From an uncultured Candidatus Saccharibacteria bacterium (lineage in GTDB: Bacteria > Patescibacteriota > Saccharimonadia > Saccharimonadales > CAZICT01): a stretch of 64,000 nt of DNA. Position numbers and translations under genes: made by a program. Under the pieces are notes generated by a model that was given only the letters and a program-made list of their open reading frames with translations, was not told the DNA's origin and did no database searches. Below, piece by piece: positions 55,779 through 64,000 of this stretch (position 1 is its first letter; every line of letters starts with the position of its first letter). The DNA is taken from the NCBI GenBank assembly GCA_964537935.1, contig CAZICT010000001.1, positions 200,228-264,227 of the forward strand, given 5' to 3'.

Positions 55779-56402
55779 CTATTTGGACTGCCGTTTGTTA
55801 CCCGAGCTACGTTTTGTCTTTCCGTTTCGGTATGAAAGCTCTTTACGGTGAGTATCAAGTCGTTCAACGTAGTTATCATACTTATTAAATAGACTTGAGT
55901 AACTACCGGTCGGAGCTAAAACTTTAAGAAGTTTATTCTTACTTTCCAGATATTCGATAAGGCTAAAGAAATCACCGTCACCGGACACGATAACGGCTTG
56001 ATGATAGTTATCAATCTCCTTCATCGCCCACAACACTAAATCCGCATCGACGTTACCTTTAACAACTTTTTTGTCTTCTTCACTCTCTTTTTGCGGTTCA
56101 ATTTTTAACTCTTTAAGTTCACTGTCTTCGAGCAGTTCGGGCTGCGGTCTTGTCATATCGAAAGTTTGCTTTAGTACAATCGCATATCCTGTATCGTGCA
56201 ATTGCACATACATATCTTCAAACTCCGGTACGTAGCCAATAAACATGAATGCTTTTGTGACGCCATACTTATCAGCTAAAAACTTACGGAACTTATGCCA
56301 ATCAATCTTCCAGCCAAGCTTTTGTACGCTTACATTCAGATTTTGACTGTCAATAAATGCATACACATCTTTTTTTCTACTTCTTCTTGCCATACGCTTC
56401 AA
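55779..56402 (-). CDS. NYN-domain (LabA/DUF88-like, PIN-fold) putative ribonuclease with basic termini
   Basis: VYAFIDSQNL near the N-terminus and VIVSGDGDF acidic motif. N-terminal MKRMARRSRKKD and C-terminal RNGKTKRSSGNKRQSK basic stretches. Confidence 0.7.
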   Translation of the reverse strand: MKRMARRSRKKDVYAFIDSQNLNVSVQKLGWKIDWHKFRKFLADKYGVTKAFMFIGYVPEFEDMYVQLHDTGYAIVLKQTFDMTRPQPELLEDSELKELKIEPQKESEEDKKVVKGNVDADLVLWAMKEIDNYHQAVIVSGDGDFFSLIEYLESKNKLLKVLAPTGSYSSLFNKYDNYVERLDTHRKELSYRNGKTKRSSGNKRQSK

Positions 56403-56457
56403 TCATAACACTTTCCTTGTCTTTCAAAGTTGGTGTTTATCAAAAAATAATGGATAT

Positions 56458-56832
56458 CTATAGGTGAGAGCCTATGGCAATAATATTACCTGACGGATCC
56501 TTGAACCATGCAGCCTTAAAATTGGCTAAAGTATAGATATCTCCCTGTCGCTTTGCTCCAGGCATATCGAATTCTTCGAATTTCACACCGCGCTCTTTAA
56601 GTGAAGTTACCGTACCCTCCGGATCGATTACTTCGATAATGGCACACGTAGCTTTATTGGTACCGGCATATTCGGATTCAAACACTGCGAATCTGCTCAT
56701 ACCTGATTGGAACCAAGTGCCGTTCGGATTTTCATCCACAATAGTAAGCCCTAATGTTTTTCCGTAAAATTCTATTGATTCTTGCAAATTCTTTGCAGGA
56801 ATTGCGGTATACATTGTGAGATTGCTTAGCAT
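56458..56832 (-). CDS. VOC/glyoxalase-family protein
   Basis: 124 aa with a single VOC beta-alpha-beta-beta-beta module. Confidence 0.7.
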   Translation of the reverse strand: MLSNLTMYTAIPAKNLQESIEFYGKTLGLTIVDENPNGTWFQSGMSRFAVFESEYAGTNKATCAIIEVIDPEGTVTSLKERGVKFEEFDMPGAKRQGDIYTLANFKAAWFKDPSGNIIAIGSHL

Positions 56833-56872
56833 AAATGTTTCTTTTTGTATCCTCTAAAGTTGGATTATACCA

Positions 56873-58402
56873 TCAACTGGATATTATAGCGTCTTCGCCA
56901 AAAAGCTTTTGCAATCGCATTTTTATCGCTCCAGGGTGTCTGCCAAGCTTATTTATCAGTTTATCCATACTCACAGTCGTATTTTTGCTGAACATTTTGA
57001 CCAGTTGAGCATCATCCTCGGCAGTCCAGGGCTTGTAAGCATTCGGATAAGTTTCGCGCATTTTTTCTAATCTCTGCTTCCATGAAGCTTTGCCAAGGGG
57101 CTTGGTGTTTGTAATCTCTTCCTTTTCCCGGCGTTTTGCTCGTTCGCGTAAATATTCAAACTTTTGTATATGAGAGCTCGAATCGAGGCGCAGTTGCCTA
57201 TCGACCTCTAATGCTTCCTGGCTTATACGTAGCGCCATTTTATTAATTCCAGCCAGGCTTAAATTCTTTAGGCTTCGTACCCTGGACAATGCTACGTAAC
57301 CCATACCTTCAACAAAAGCACGACGCAAATCTATCCTGGCGGCATCAAGCGTCATTCCCTGGCTTTTGTGAACCGTTATGGCCCAAGCAAGCCGCAACGG
57401 AATCTGGGTTATGCTTGCCCGTTTTTTGTCACCATCGCGCAGCTCCCATGTCTCAGGCGCTATAATAATTCTTCGGCCATGTTTTAGCTCAACCTCAGGA
57501 AAGTTGGTGCTTTTTTCAAAGCCGACTACAGTACCAAGTGTTCCGTTGACATATTTCTTTTCAGGATTGTTGCGGATACACATTACAAGCGCGCCTTTTT
57601 TCAGTATCAATTCTTCCTGAGCCAGACAAGAACGCTTCAGTGTTTCAACATAGTTACTCTTTCCAGTAGTAGACATGTGGTAATGATTCGGCGTGGCTTT
57701 TAGTGAGGCCAGTCTTTTTGAGTTTATTTCATCAACATCAACATTAGTTGTGTGGAGTTCGGTCAATTCCTCGAAAGGATCAAGTGGCTGTTGCCTGGCA
57801 AGCAAAGCTTCAGCGTGCCTTCGACGCAAATCGTTGGCCCTGATTGCATTCAAAATTTCAAGAAATTCGCTATCATCCTGACGATGCTGCTCGCCCAAAT
57901 AACAGATTACAGGGTCTAGTTCTTGCCATACGTTTGAGCTGAGTACAAATTGTGCGCGGTTACCGCCTCGTTCGACTGGCGGCAGCTGGAAAAAATCTCC
58001 TGATAATATTACCTGTATGCCGCCAAACGGTTCGTCTATACCGCGTACACGGCGACTAATTTCATCTACCATATCCAGGCGATAATCATGCAGCATTGAT
58101 ATTTCATCTATAATTAACACGTCGGTCTTAGCGATTGTTTCGCGGCGGCCTTTTTGTAAATGCTCATGAAAATCCTTTGGTAGTTGATCGTGAATACCTA
58201 TACCGCTCCAAGCGTGTATGGTATTGCCGTTTAGATGCGTGGCAGCCAAACCGGTCGTTGCAGTCACGGACACATGTTTTCCCTCAAGTTTTGCTCGCTT
58301 TATAAATTGATTAAGCACATGTGTTTTACCCGACCCTGCTGGACCGGTCAAAAGCACACTTTCACCTGCTCCCATAATCTCCAACGCTAAAGCTTGATCC
58401 AT
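56873..58402 (-). CDS. Pif1/RecD-family SF1B helicase with ~110-aa C-terminal extension
   Basis: Walker A LTGPAGSGKTHVL, Walker B VLIIDEISML, motif QLPPV, C-terminal VHKSQGMTLD and YVALSR. An extra helical tail follows. Confidence 0.75.
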   Translation of the reverse strand: MDQALALEIMGAGESVLLTGPAGSGKTHVLNQFIKRAKLEGKHVSVTATTGLAATHLNGNTIHAWSGIGIHDQLPKDFHEHLQKGRRETIAKTDVLIIDEISMLHDYRLDMVDEISRRVRGIDEPFGGIQVILSGDFFQLPPVERGGNRAQFVLSSNVWQELDPVICYLGEQHRQDDSEFLEILNAIRANDLRRRHAEALLARQQPLDPFEELTELHTTNVDVDEINSKRLASLKATPNHYHMSTTGKSNYVETLKRSCLAQEELILKKGALVMCIRNNPEKKYVNGTLGTVVGFEKSTNFPEVELKHGRRIIIAPETWELRDGDKKRASITQIPLRLAWAITVHKSQGMTLDAARIDLRRAFVEGMGYVALSRVRSLKNLSLAGINKMALRISQEALEVDRQLRLDSSSHIQKFEYLRERAKRREKEEITNTKPLGKASWKQRLEKMRETYPNAYKPWTAEDDAQLVKMFSKNTTVSMDKLINKLGRHPGAIKMRLQKLFGEDAIISS

Positions 58403-58469
58403 TGACTACACTATAACATTCAGTATGCAGTATTATTATGGCTGGAAAATCGTTTTAACTTAAAGTTAT

Positions 58470-59129
58470 TTATTTTTTTGTTTCTTGCTTGTAGATTTGA
58501 TATGAATAAACCATCGAAATAATTAATACGAGAACGGCTCCGCCAATCAAAACAACTACGCCAATCACAGGCTTTATTATTCCTAAGAGAGTAAGTAGAC
58601 CCAAACCAAGAAACAGCTTAGCGCCCAGCGAATGAGTTTTATCCCAAGATGTTTCATTTGCCAGTGTCCAAGGTGTGCGAATTCCAATAGTGTAATTTTG
58701 CTTAGCAACCGCGATGAGTCGCGACAAGACTATAAAAAGAACACCTATGGCGCCAATTAGCGGTTTGCCAAAATTGAATTCTCCCACACCGTTCCACCAC
58801 AACGACAAGACATAAAGATACAGAAAGAAACCTTCGAAAATAGCAATGAACCAAAACCACTGCTTGCTAAAGCGCTCTATGTTTTTTCGATTAGGATCGA
58901 TATACGGTAAAAACACCAACAGCAGATACGTACCGAGCATGACCAGCGGCAAGCCCCATACACCGACAAACTTACCTGAATAACCATCGGCTACCCCGCT
59001 GCTATTCCAGTGCGTTGCCATTTGCTCCGGCATCTGGCTGTATGTTGCCGCTCCCACTAGAAAGGCTACGACAACGAAAGCCAAACCGACACGTGCAACG
59101 TTATTCTTTAAAACTTCCCGCGGTTTCAT
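58470..59129 (-). CDS. SdpI/YhfL-family membrane protein (DUF1648 + SdpI)
   Basis: 6 TM helices. The conserved GIRTPWTL loop and the N-terminal DUF1648-like TM pair. Confidence 0.6.
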   Translation of the reverse strand: MKPREVLKNNVARVGLAFVVVAFLVGAATYSQMPEQMATHWNSSGVADGYSGKFVGVWGLPLVMLGTYLLLVFLPYIDPNRKNIERFSKQWFWFIAIFEGFFLYLYVLSLWWNGVGEFNFGKPLIGAIGVLFIVLSRLIAVAKQNYTIGIRTPWTLANETSWDKTHSLGAKLFLGLGLLTLLGIIKPVIGVVVLIGGAVLVLIISMVYSYQIYKQETKK

Positions 59130-59147
59130 ACCTTTATCGTACCATTA

Positions 59148-59777
59148 CTAGACAGTTAGGTTAAATGGCTCGCCGTTTACTGGCTTATAGAACACAATCC
59201 CCTCTTTCTGAAAAGCGTTATCGATTTTTTCATACATCTGTTGACGAGCCGCATCGCTCCACTGCCCGTCATGAATTGGAATTACATATTTCGGCCTAAG
59301 TTCGATTGCTCGATTTAACGCCTGAACAGTAGATCCCCATGGAGCAGTCACCGGCAAAGCTAGAATGGAGCGTGTTTCTTCAAAATGAGTACTGTCTCCA
59401 GGATGAGTCAACATGTCTAGATAATGAACGCCTATGTTCTCGGGCGTCTGACCGAGCGGCTCAATATGCTCATGCGGCGCATTAAACAATTCTATTCCCT
59501 CTACCGCATCCGGCACGGCATTTAACCCTTCTGCCTTCAATAACTCGGTCGCTGCGGCTGTAGTTTTGATGCGCACTGACGGAAATTTCTCTTGGAGTGC
59601 TTTGAGCGTCGGAATATGCATGTGATCGCCATGTTCATGCGTAATAATAATGTCATCAAGCCATTTTAGCGATGCGACATTAATCATGCTCTCACTCCAA
59701 GACCCCGGATCAAACAGCGCCGTACGGGTCGGCATCTCAACTAGCAAACATGAATGAGCAAGTTTAGTAATTTTCAT
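59148..59777 (-). CDS. MBL-fold metallo-hydrolase
   Basis: HxHxDH motif (ITHEHGDHMH) plus downstream His/Asp ligands. Confidence 0.75.
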   Translation of the reverse strand: MKITKLAHSCLLVEMPTRTALFDPGSWSESMINVASLKWLDDIIITHEHGDHMHIPTLKALQEKFPSVRIKTTAAATELLKAEGLNAVPDAVEGIELFNAPHEHIEPLGQTPENIGVHYLDMLTHPGDSTHFEETRSILALPVTAPWGSTVQALNRAIELRPKYVIPIHDGQWSDAARQQMYEKIDNAFQKEGIVFYKPVNGEPFNLTV

Positions 59778-59850
59778 CTAATACCTCCTCTTATTCTTTA
59801 TATACACTTTTGGATACGGGTTCTGTAAATAAGACTATTGCGATAAGATA

Positions 59851-60387
59851 CTATGCTATTAATGCGCGGCTTACAGTTTGTCCGAGTACGTCTATGACTT
59901 TATCGCAGTCCTCGGTTGTCATTGGCTTTTCATACATTTTTCTGTCAGTCGTGACTGTTTCGTACGGATTCCCTAGCTCATCAGTTTCTATGGTTGAATT
60001 GCCAATGACAAGGAAAACTTCTTTCTTTGCTTCGAGCAACTCTTGACCGCTTGCTTCAAACCTGTAACAAACTCTTTTGTTAGAATGGCGTTCTTCTGAC
60101 ATGAATGTTCGCACACCTAGCGTCATTCGCCAGCAATCTGGCACACGATAATGTGTAAGTGCTACTGCAACAAACCGATCTATATAACCTTCTGCAAATT
60201 CGTCCATTGGCCGGAAGTAAAATGCATACCGCATGCTATCAGAATCGGACGATATATCTATTCGAGGTGCTCGTGCGGCGAGTAATAACGCAGTGGCTGC
60301 TAATTGTCTGATTGGTTCTATATTTTCTAAGCCAACTTGTACTTCCCCAAAAGCCACGGCCGGCCCTACTCGTTGGAACTCTTCCAT
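59851..60387 (-). CDS. Hypothetical protein (178 aa)
   Basis: ORF only. Lies immediately upstream (in transcription order) of the MBL hydrolase and downstream of the giant surface protein. Confidence 0.45.
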   Translation of the reverse strand: MEEFQRVGPAVAFGEVQVGLENIEPIRQLAATALLLAARAPRIDISSDSDSMRYAFYFRPMDEFAEGYIDRFVAVALTHYRVPDCWRMTLGVRTFMSEERHSNKRVCYRFEASGQELLEAKKEVFLVIGNSTIETDELGNPYETVTTDRKMYEKPMTTEDCDKVIDVLGQTVSRALIA

Positions 60388-60406
60388 TCTTTTATGCTAC
60401 TACGTT

Positions 60407-63400
60407 TTATGTTTCGTCGGCGCGATTTGTGATGAAGAAATATAGTGCAGCCAGCGCAAGCAGGATTAGAATCCACCAGTACCACACAAGCCCTAGGAAC
60501 GTACCGCCAGAGCCCTCCTCACTTGCAGCTTCGTTGCTATCGGTGTCTGCCAGTGTCTGCGGCTCGTCAGATTCGCTCTGTTCAGTCCCGTCGTTATTTT
60601 CACTGCTGGTTTCTTCGCCTGAATTTTGATCATTTGCTTCACCACCCTGAGCTATACGGTTTGTCGCTACCGCAAAGTTAGTAAAGCCTTGATTTTCTCC
60701 ACTGCCAATACCGCCATCATTGTGGTTTTGATTGGAGTTATTGTTCTGGTTATCGGTGTTAGCTCCCAGTGTTTCGCCATCTTCTATCTCCGTTACAGTG
60801 AAGTTTTGCGATGGCACAGGGTTGGTCGTATTACCGGCCGCATCGGTGCTCGTTGCGGTTACCGTGTGACTGCCAACGATTAACGGATTAGTAACCTGAG
60901 CACTCCACGTACCATCGGGGTTAACAGTAGCTACGTAGTCTGTATCGTCTACGTTAACTATTACCGGCAGCGACGGATCGCTTGTGGTACCAGTAATTAA
61001 CGGCCTTGTCGCCGGCGAATTTGCCAACGGATTGATAGTCAGCACTGGTGCTGTATTATCGAAAATTGTATTTGCCATTACAGCTTCAGTATTGGAATCG
61101 GCATAGGTAGTCCCGACTTTGTCGTTAGCACGAGCTACTACCCTATATTCCTGTCCGTCTACAAACCAGGCTTCAGTGGTATCAACGTCAATTACCCAGT
61201 TTCCTGTTCCGTCAACCGGCACTACGTATGTCTTTACTACAGAACCAACTGTACCGCTAACAACAGGGCGGAACGACAGACGGATATTCTCATCGGCTGT
61301 CGTATTGAGGTTATTACCTCTTAATCCACTGCCGGTATCTGCTGCCGTGCCAGAGAAAGTGACCACCCCACCTACGAATGGAGCGACCGCATTCATCGTT
61401 ATCATTGGTGCAGTAGAGTCAATTTGTACATCGTTGTAATCATATTTCCAGTTGCCAGCTTGATCAAAGGCTTGAATTTTCAAGCGATAATATCCATCAT
61501 TCAATCCTGTAACATCAAAAGTCCATTCATTAGTTGCATTGTCATAGGTTGCGATACCGTCTGTAACATTCGCGACATAGTTACCGCTGATTGCGCTCAC
61601 TTCAGTTACGGTATATTCAACCCTGTTAATTTCTGATTGATTGTCTGATGCGGTACCTTCAACAGTAAAGCCGTTAGTGTTTAATAAGCTACCGTGAGTC
61701 GGCGTGACTACATTCGCACTCGGTTTAGTGTTATCGACAAAGACATTATTTACTTGAGTATTGCCATTGTTGCCTGCGACGTCACGAGCGTTAAAGCGAA
61801 TACTGTACTCGCCATCCGGTACGTCGGTGGTTGGTACTAATGCCTCCCATAACCCGGTGCTGGTGTTGTAGGTCATGGCGTACCAACCGGGTCCGGCAGG
61901 ACCGCTCGTGTTACGGAATCGAGTACGTACACGGTCAAGTTCGTTTGCATCGGTTATCTCGGCGGTCACTAGGTAGTCCCCACCGATAACTTCACCTACT
62001 GTCGGCGTCTGTGGAACGATATTCGGGTTAGTGTTATCGACTGTGATATTTGTGGACTTTAACTCGCTCACATTGCCGGCCGCATCGCGTCCCCAAACGG
62101 CAAATTGATACGTGCTCGTCTCAGGCTGACCGAGTGAATTCCAATCAAAGTTAACGTTATATTCTGTCGTTCCGGAAGGAACATCGGTCCAACCGGCGTT
62201 AGATGGGTTAGCACAGCTTCCCGCAAGAGAAGGAGCGCCTGCCTTACTTCTGATTAGCACGCAGTATGCACTTACATTTTCATCTGTAATGGTAGCCGTA
62301 ACTCTAACTGTACCACTTACATAATCACCTGTTGTTGGTTCAATATCTCTAACTTTTGGCTTGGTATTATCAACAAAGAATATAAAATCGCCACCGTTAG
62401 CTTTATTACCTTCCGTGTCCCAGCCACGCACGCCTAACTCATAACGCCCTTCCGGCAGAGTTTTAAGACCGGTCAGGACCTCTTCAGTTTCTTCAGTCAG
62501 TTCATCATATGCACCATCGTTAGCAGGTACATACGTCCATCCGCGTACGGCAGTTAAGCGCTTGCCTTCTGCATTAAGTGGCCAAACTGCATATTTAACT
62601 TCCTTTATATTGGATTTCGAATCGCTTATGGACCCTGTGAGGGTTGGGTCTTGATCATTTGAGCCAATATACAAGTCAGATAACTGATATCCAGACATTA
62701 CAGGGGCAACCGAATCACAACCTCCTGTAGTTGTTAATTCGTTTGAAGGTGCTGGAGCACAAAGCCAAGGCGAATAATTAACATTGGTGCCGACACTGGA
62801 ACCAGCTCCGCTGCCTTCTCCACTTGGTCCTGACTCGTTACCCCACCAGTTTTCAGTCGCATCAATAGAAGCGGTGCCTGTATTATCAACACCAGCTATA
62901 GCATTGGTAATATTGTTTTGTCGAAGCGCAATTGAACCTGCTCCCCCGCCTGGGTATACCTTAAATGCGGGACCATTGATATTTGTAAAGTTGCTTCCGG
63001 TTATATGTACATTCGTCAAATTATCAAGAAGCCCAAAGCCTTCTAGTGATGCGTTATTTATAGTTGCACCAACTACTGTTGCCTTGTTTGACTGTAAGCT
63101 AATGCCAACCACTGTGTTATTGGTGGTTATGTTTTCCAAGGTCGTATCCTCAGCTACTCCACCGCTTGTCTGAACTCCTGTTAAAACATCGTTTATCGTA
63201 ACGTTTTTAACCGTTGAACCAGCGCCCCAAACAGTAATTCCGACTACGCCCGAACCACTTCCAGGACCATTGATAGTAAAGCCATCTATCACGACATTTT
63301 GTGATTGATTTGTATCTACGATTCGTTTGCGGCCAGTAGTGAATATTGACGCATTGGGCTCAATGATGGCTCCACTTGGAGCTACCAAGTTTATACCGTC

Positions 63401-64000
63401 ATCTTTAAACATTACCCTCTCATTATATGTACCTGGCGAAACTTCTATTGTGTGTCCGCTTACAGTATCCGAATCATCCAAGGCTGCTTGGATTGTGCTA
63501 AACCCTTCAAAAGTATCCAAATTATGGACTAAGGGAATAATGTCAACAAAGGCTATGCCAGGAGTAGCCGACTCATTGATGGTATATGGAGAAAGAACAT
63601 CCGTATGCGTACCTTTGTTATCTACTACTGTAATAACTGCCTTTGTCGGCTCATCGTCGTTTGTCCATATGCGCTTAGTAAAGCTCCACCACCCGTCAGT
63701 TTCAGTATTGCTTGGAATATAAAATGGTGATGTTACTGATGCATCTGCGTCGACATCATTATTAAAGTGATCGAGTGTTGCAGCCAACGCCTCATTGGTT
63801 GATAGCAGCCTATCGTCTTTGAAAAGTTCAACTTTTATGCTTTGTATGTTGTCATAATCTTTTACGTTAAAGCCAACATTAAATCCGTCGTCTTGCATCG
63901 CAAAATGTTCGCCGGTTACTACTGTTGGTACGGTCTCAACTGTAATGCTTTGTGTTTCAGTCCAGCTTTGCGTATTGTCTTCGCCATTAGTAAGAGTGAC
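60407..64000 (-). CDS. Giant cell-surface protein with parallel beta-helix, multiple Ig-like repeats and C-terminal TM anchor. N-terminus lies beyond the window end.
   Basis: >1190 aa. The frame is still open at 64000, so the Met at 63898 is internal. Beta-helix repeats (NVVIDGFTINGPGSGSG..., ITGSNFTNINGPA...). At least five ~90-aa repeats share D.AGN...V.VDNT.P. Asn/Gln/acidic spacer. C-terminal TM LGLVWYWWILILLALAALYFFIT with short acidic tail. Confidence 0.75.
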   Translation of the reverse strand, partial: VTLTNGEDNTQSWTETQSITVETVPTVVTGEHFAMQDDGFNVGFNVKDYDNIQSIKVELFKDDRLLSTNEALAATLDHFNNDVDADASVTSPFYIPSNTETDGWWSFTKRIWTNDDEPTKAVITVVDNKGTHTDVLSPYTINESATPGIAFVDIIPLVHNLDTFEGFSTIQAALDDSDTVSGHTIEVSPGTYNERVMFKDDGINLVAPSGAIIEPNASIFTTGRKRIVDTNQSQNVVIDGFTINGPGSGSGVVGITVWGAGSTVKNVTINDVLTGVQTSGGVAEDTTLENITTNNTVVGISLQSNKATVVGATINNASLEGFGLLDNLTNVHITGSNFTNINGPAFKVYPGGGAGSIALRQNNITNAIAGVDNTGTASIDATENWWGNESGPSGEGSGAGSSVGTNVNYSPWLCAPAPSNELTTTGGCDSVAPVMSGYQLSDLYIGSNDQDPTLTGSISDSKSNIKEVKYAVWPLNAEGKRLTAVRGWTYVPANDGAYDELTEETEEVLTGLKTLPEGRYELGVRGWDTEGNKANGGDFIFFVDNTKPKVRDIEPTTGDYVSGTVRVTATITDENVSAYCVLIRSKAGAPSLAGSCANPSNAGWTDVPSGTTEYNVNFDWNSLGQPETSTYQFAVWGRDAAGNVSELKSTNITVDNTNPNIVPQTPTVGEVIGGDYLVTAEITDANELDRVRTRFRNTSGPAGPGWYAMTYNTSTGLWEALVPTTDVPDGEYSIRFNARDVAGNNGNTQVNNVFVDNTKPSANVVTPTHGSLLNTNGFTVEGTASDNQSEINRVEYTVTEVSAISGNYVANVTDGIATYDNATNEWTFDVTGLNDGYYRLKIQAFDQAGNWKYDYNDVQIDSTAPMITMNAVAPFVGGVVTFSGTAADTGSGLRGNNLNTTADENIRLSFRPVVSGTVGSVVKTYVVPVDGTGNWVIDVDTTEAWFVDGQEYRVVARANDKVGTTYADSNTEAVMANTIFDNTAPVLTINPLANSPATRPLITGTTSDPSLPVIVNVDDTDYVATVNPDGTWSAQVTNPLIVGSHTVTATSTDAAGNTTNPVPSQNFTVTEIEDGETLGANTDNQNNNSNQNHNDGGIGSGENQGFTNFAVATNRIAQGGEANDQNSGEETSSENNDGTEQSESDEPQTLADTDSNEAASEEGSGGTFLGLVWYWWILILLALAALYFFITNRADET

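Overview
This 64-kb window is mostly a compact housekeeping region of a small, low-GC, Gram-positive-type genome. The gene content (sortase, LysM, PEGA, DUF3048, SdpI, YvcK) together with a stripped-down division/cell-wall cluster and many lysine-rich protein tails suggests a reduced-genome lineage such as Patescibacteria/Saccharibacteria; that placement is inference only.

Recognisable genes: dut, rlmH, a MacB-type ABC pair, pyrH, xth, a NUDIX and a HAD hydrolase, gltX, two paralogous two-component systems, a umuD-like/umuC cassette, rsuA-family pseudouridine synthase, der, pth, dprA, topA, a minimal dcw cluster (mraZ-rsmH-ftsL-ftsI-mraY-ftsW-murG-ftsQ), yvcK, a GH1 beta-glucosidase, an aldo-keto reductase, a Pif1-family helicase, and a giant beta-helix/Ig-repeat surface protein truncated at the window end. 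Three tRNAs are present: Ser-GGA, Leu-CAA and Glu-CTC.

Items that deserve follow-up:
- A ~340-nt promoter-to-terminator unit with no ORF (36031-36404), probably a structured ncRNA of unknown class.
- A umuD homolog that keeps the Ala-Gly cleavage site but has lost the catalytic Ser/Lys, in a three-gene cassette with umuC.
- An orphan 866-aa HerA/FtsK/VirB4-superfamily ATPase with an NLS-like polybasic tail.
- A protein fusing a sigma-70 region-4 domain to tandem HARE-HTH domains.
- Response regulators with no output domain, one carrying a ~400-aa P/Q/T-rich disordered tail.
- Four perfect DnaA boxes, all intergenic, plus MraZ operator repeats at the dcw promoter.
- A tRNA-Ser 5'-half pseudo-copy beside a YhbQ-like GIY-YIG gene.
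- Three start-less open frames, two of which look like frameshift continuations of the ORF upstream.

I could not identify a classical defence or mobile-element cassette with confidence. No CRISPR array, integrase or transposase was seen.
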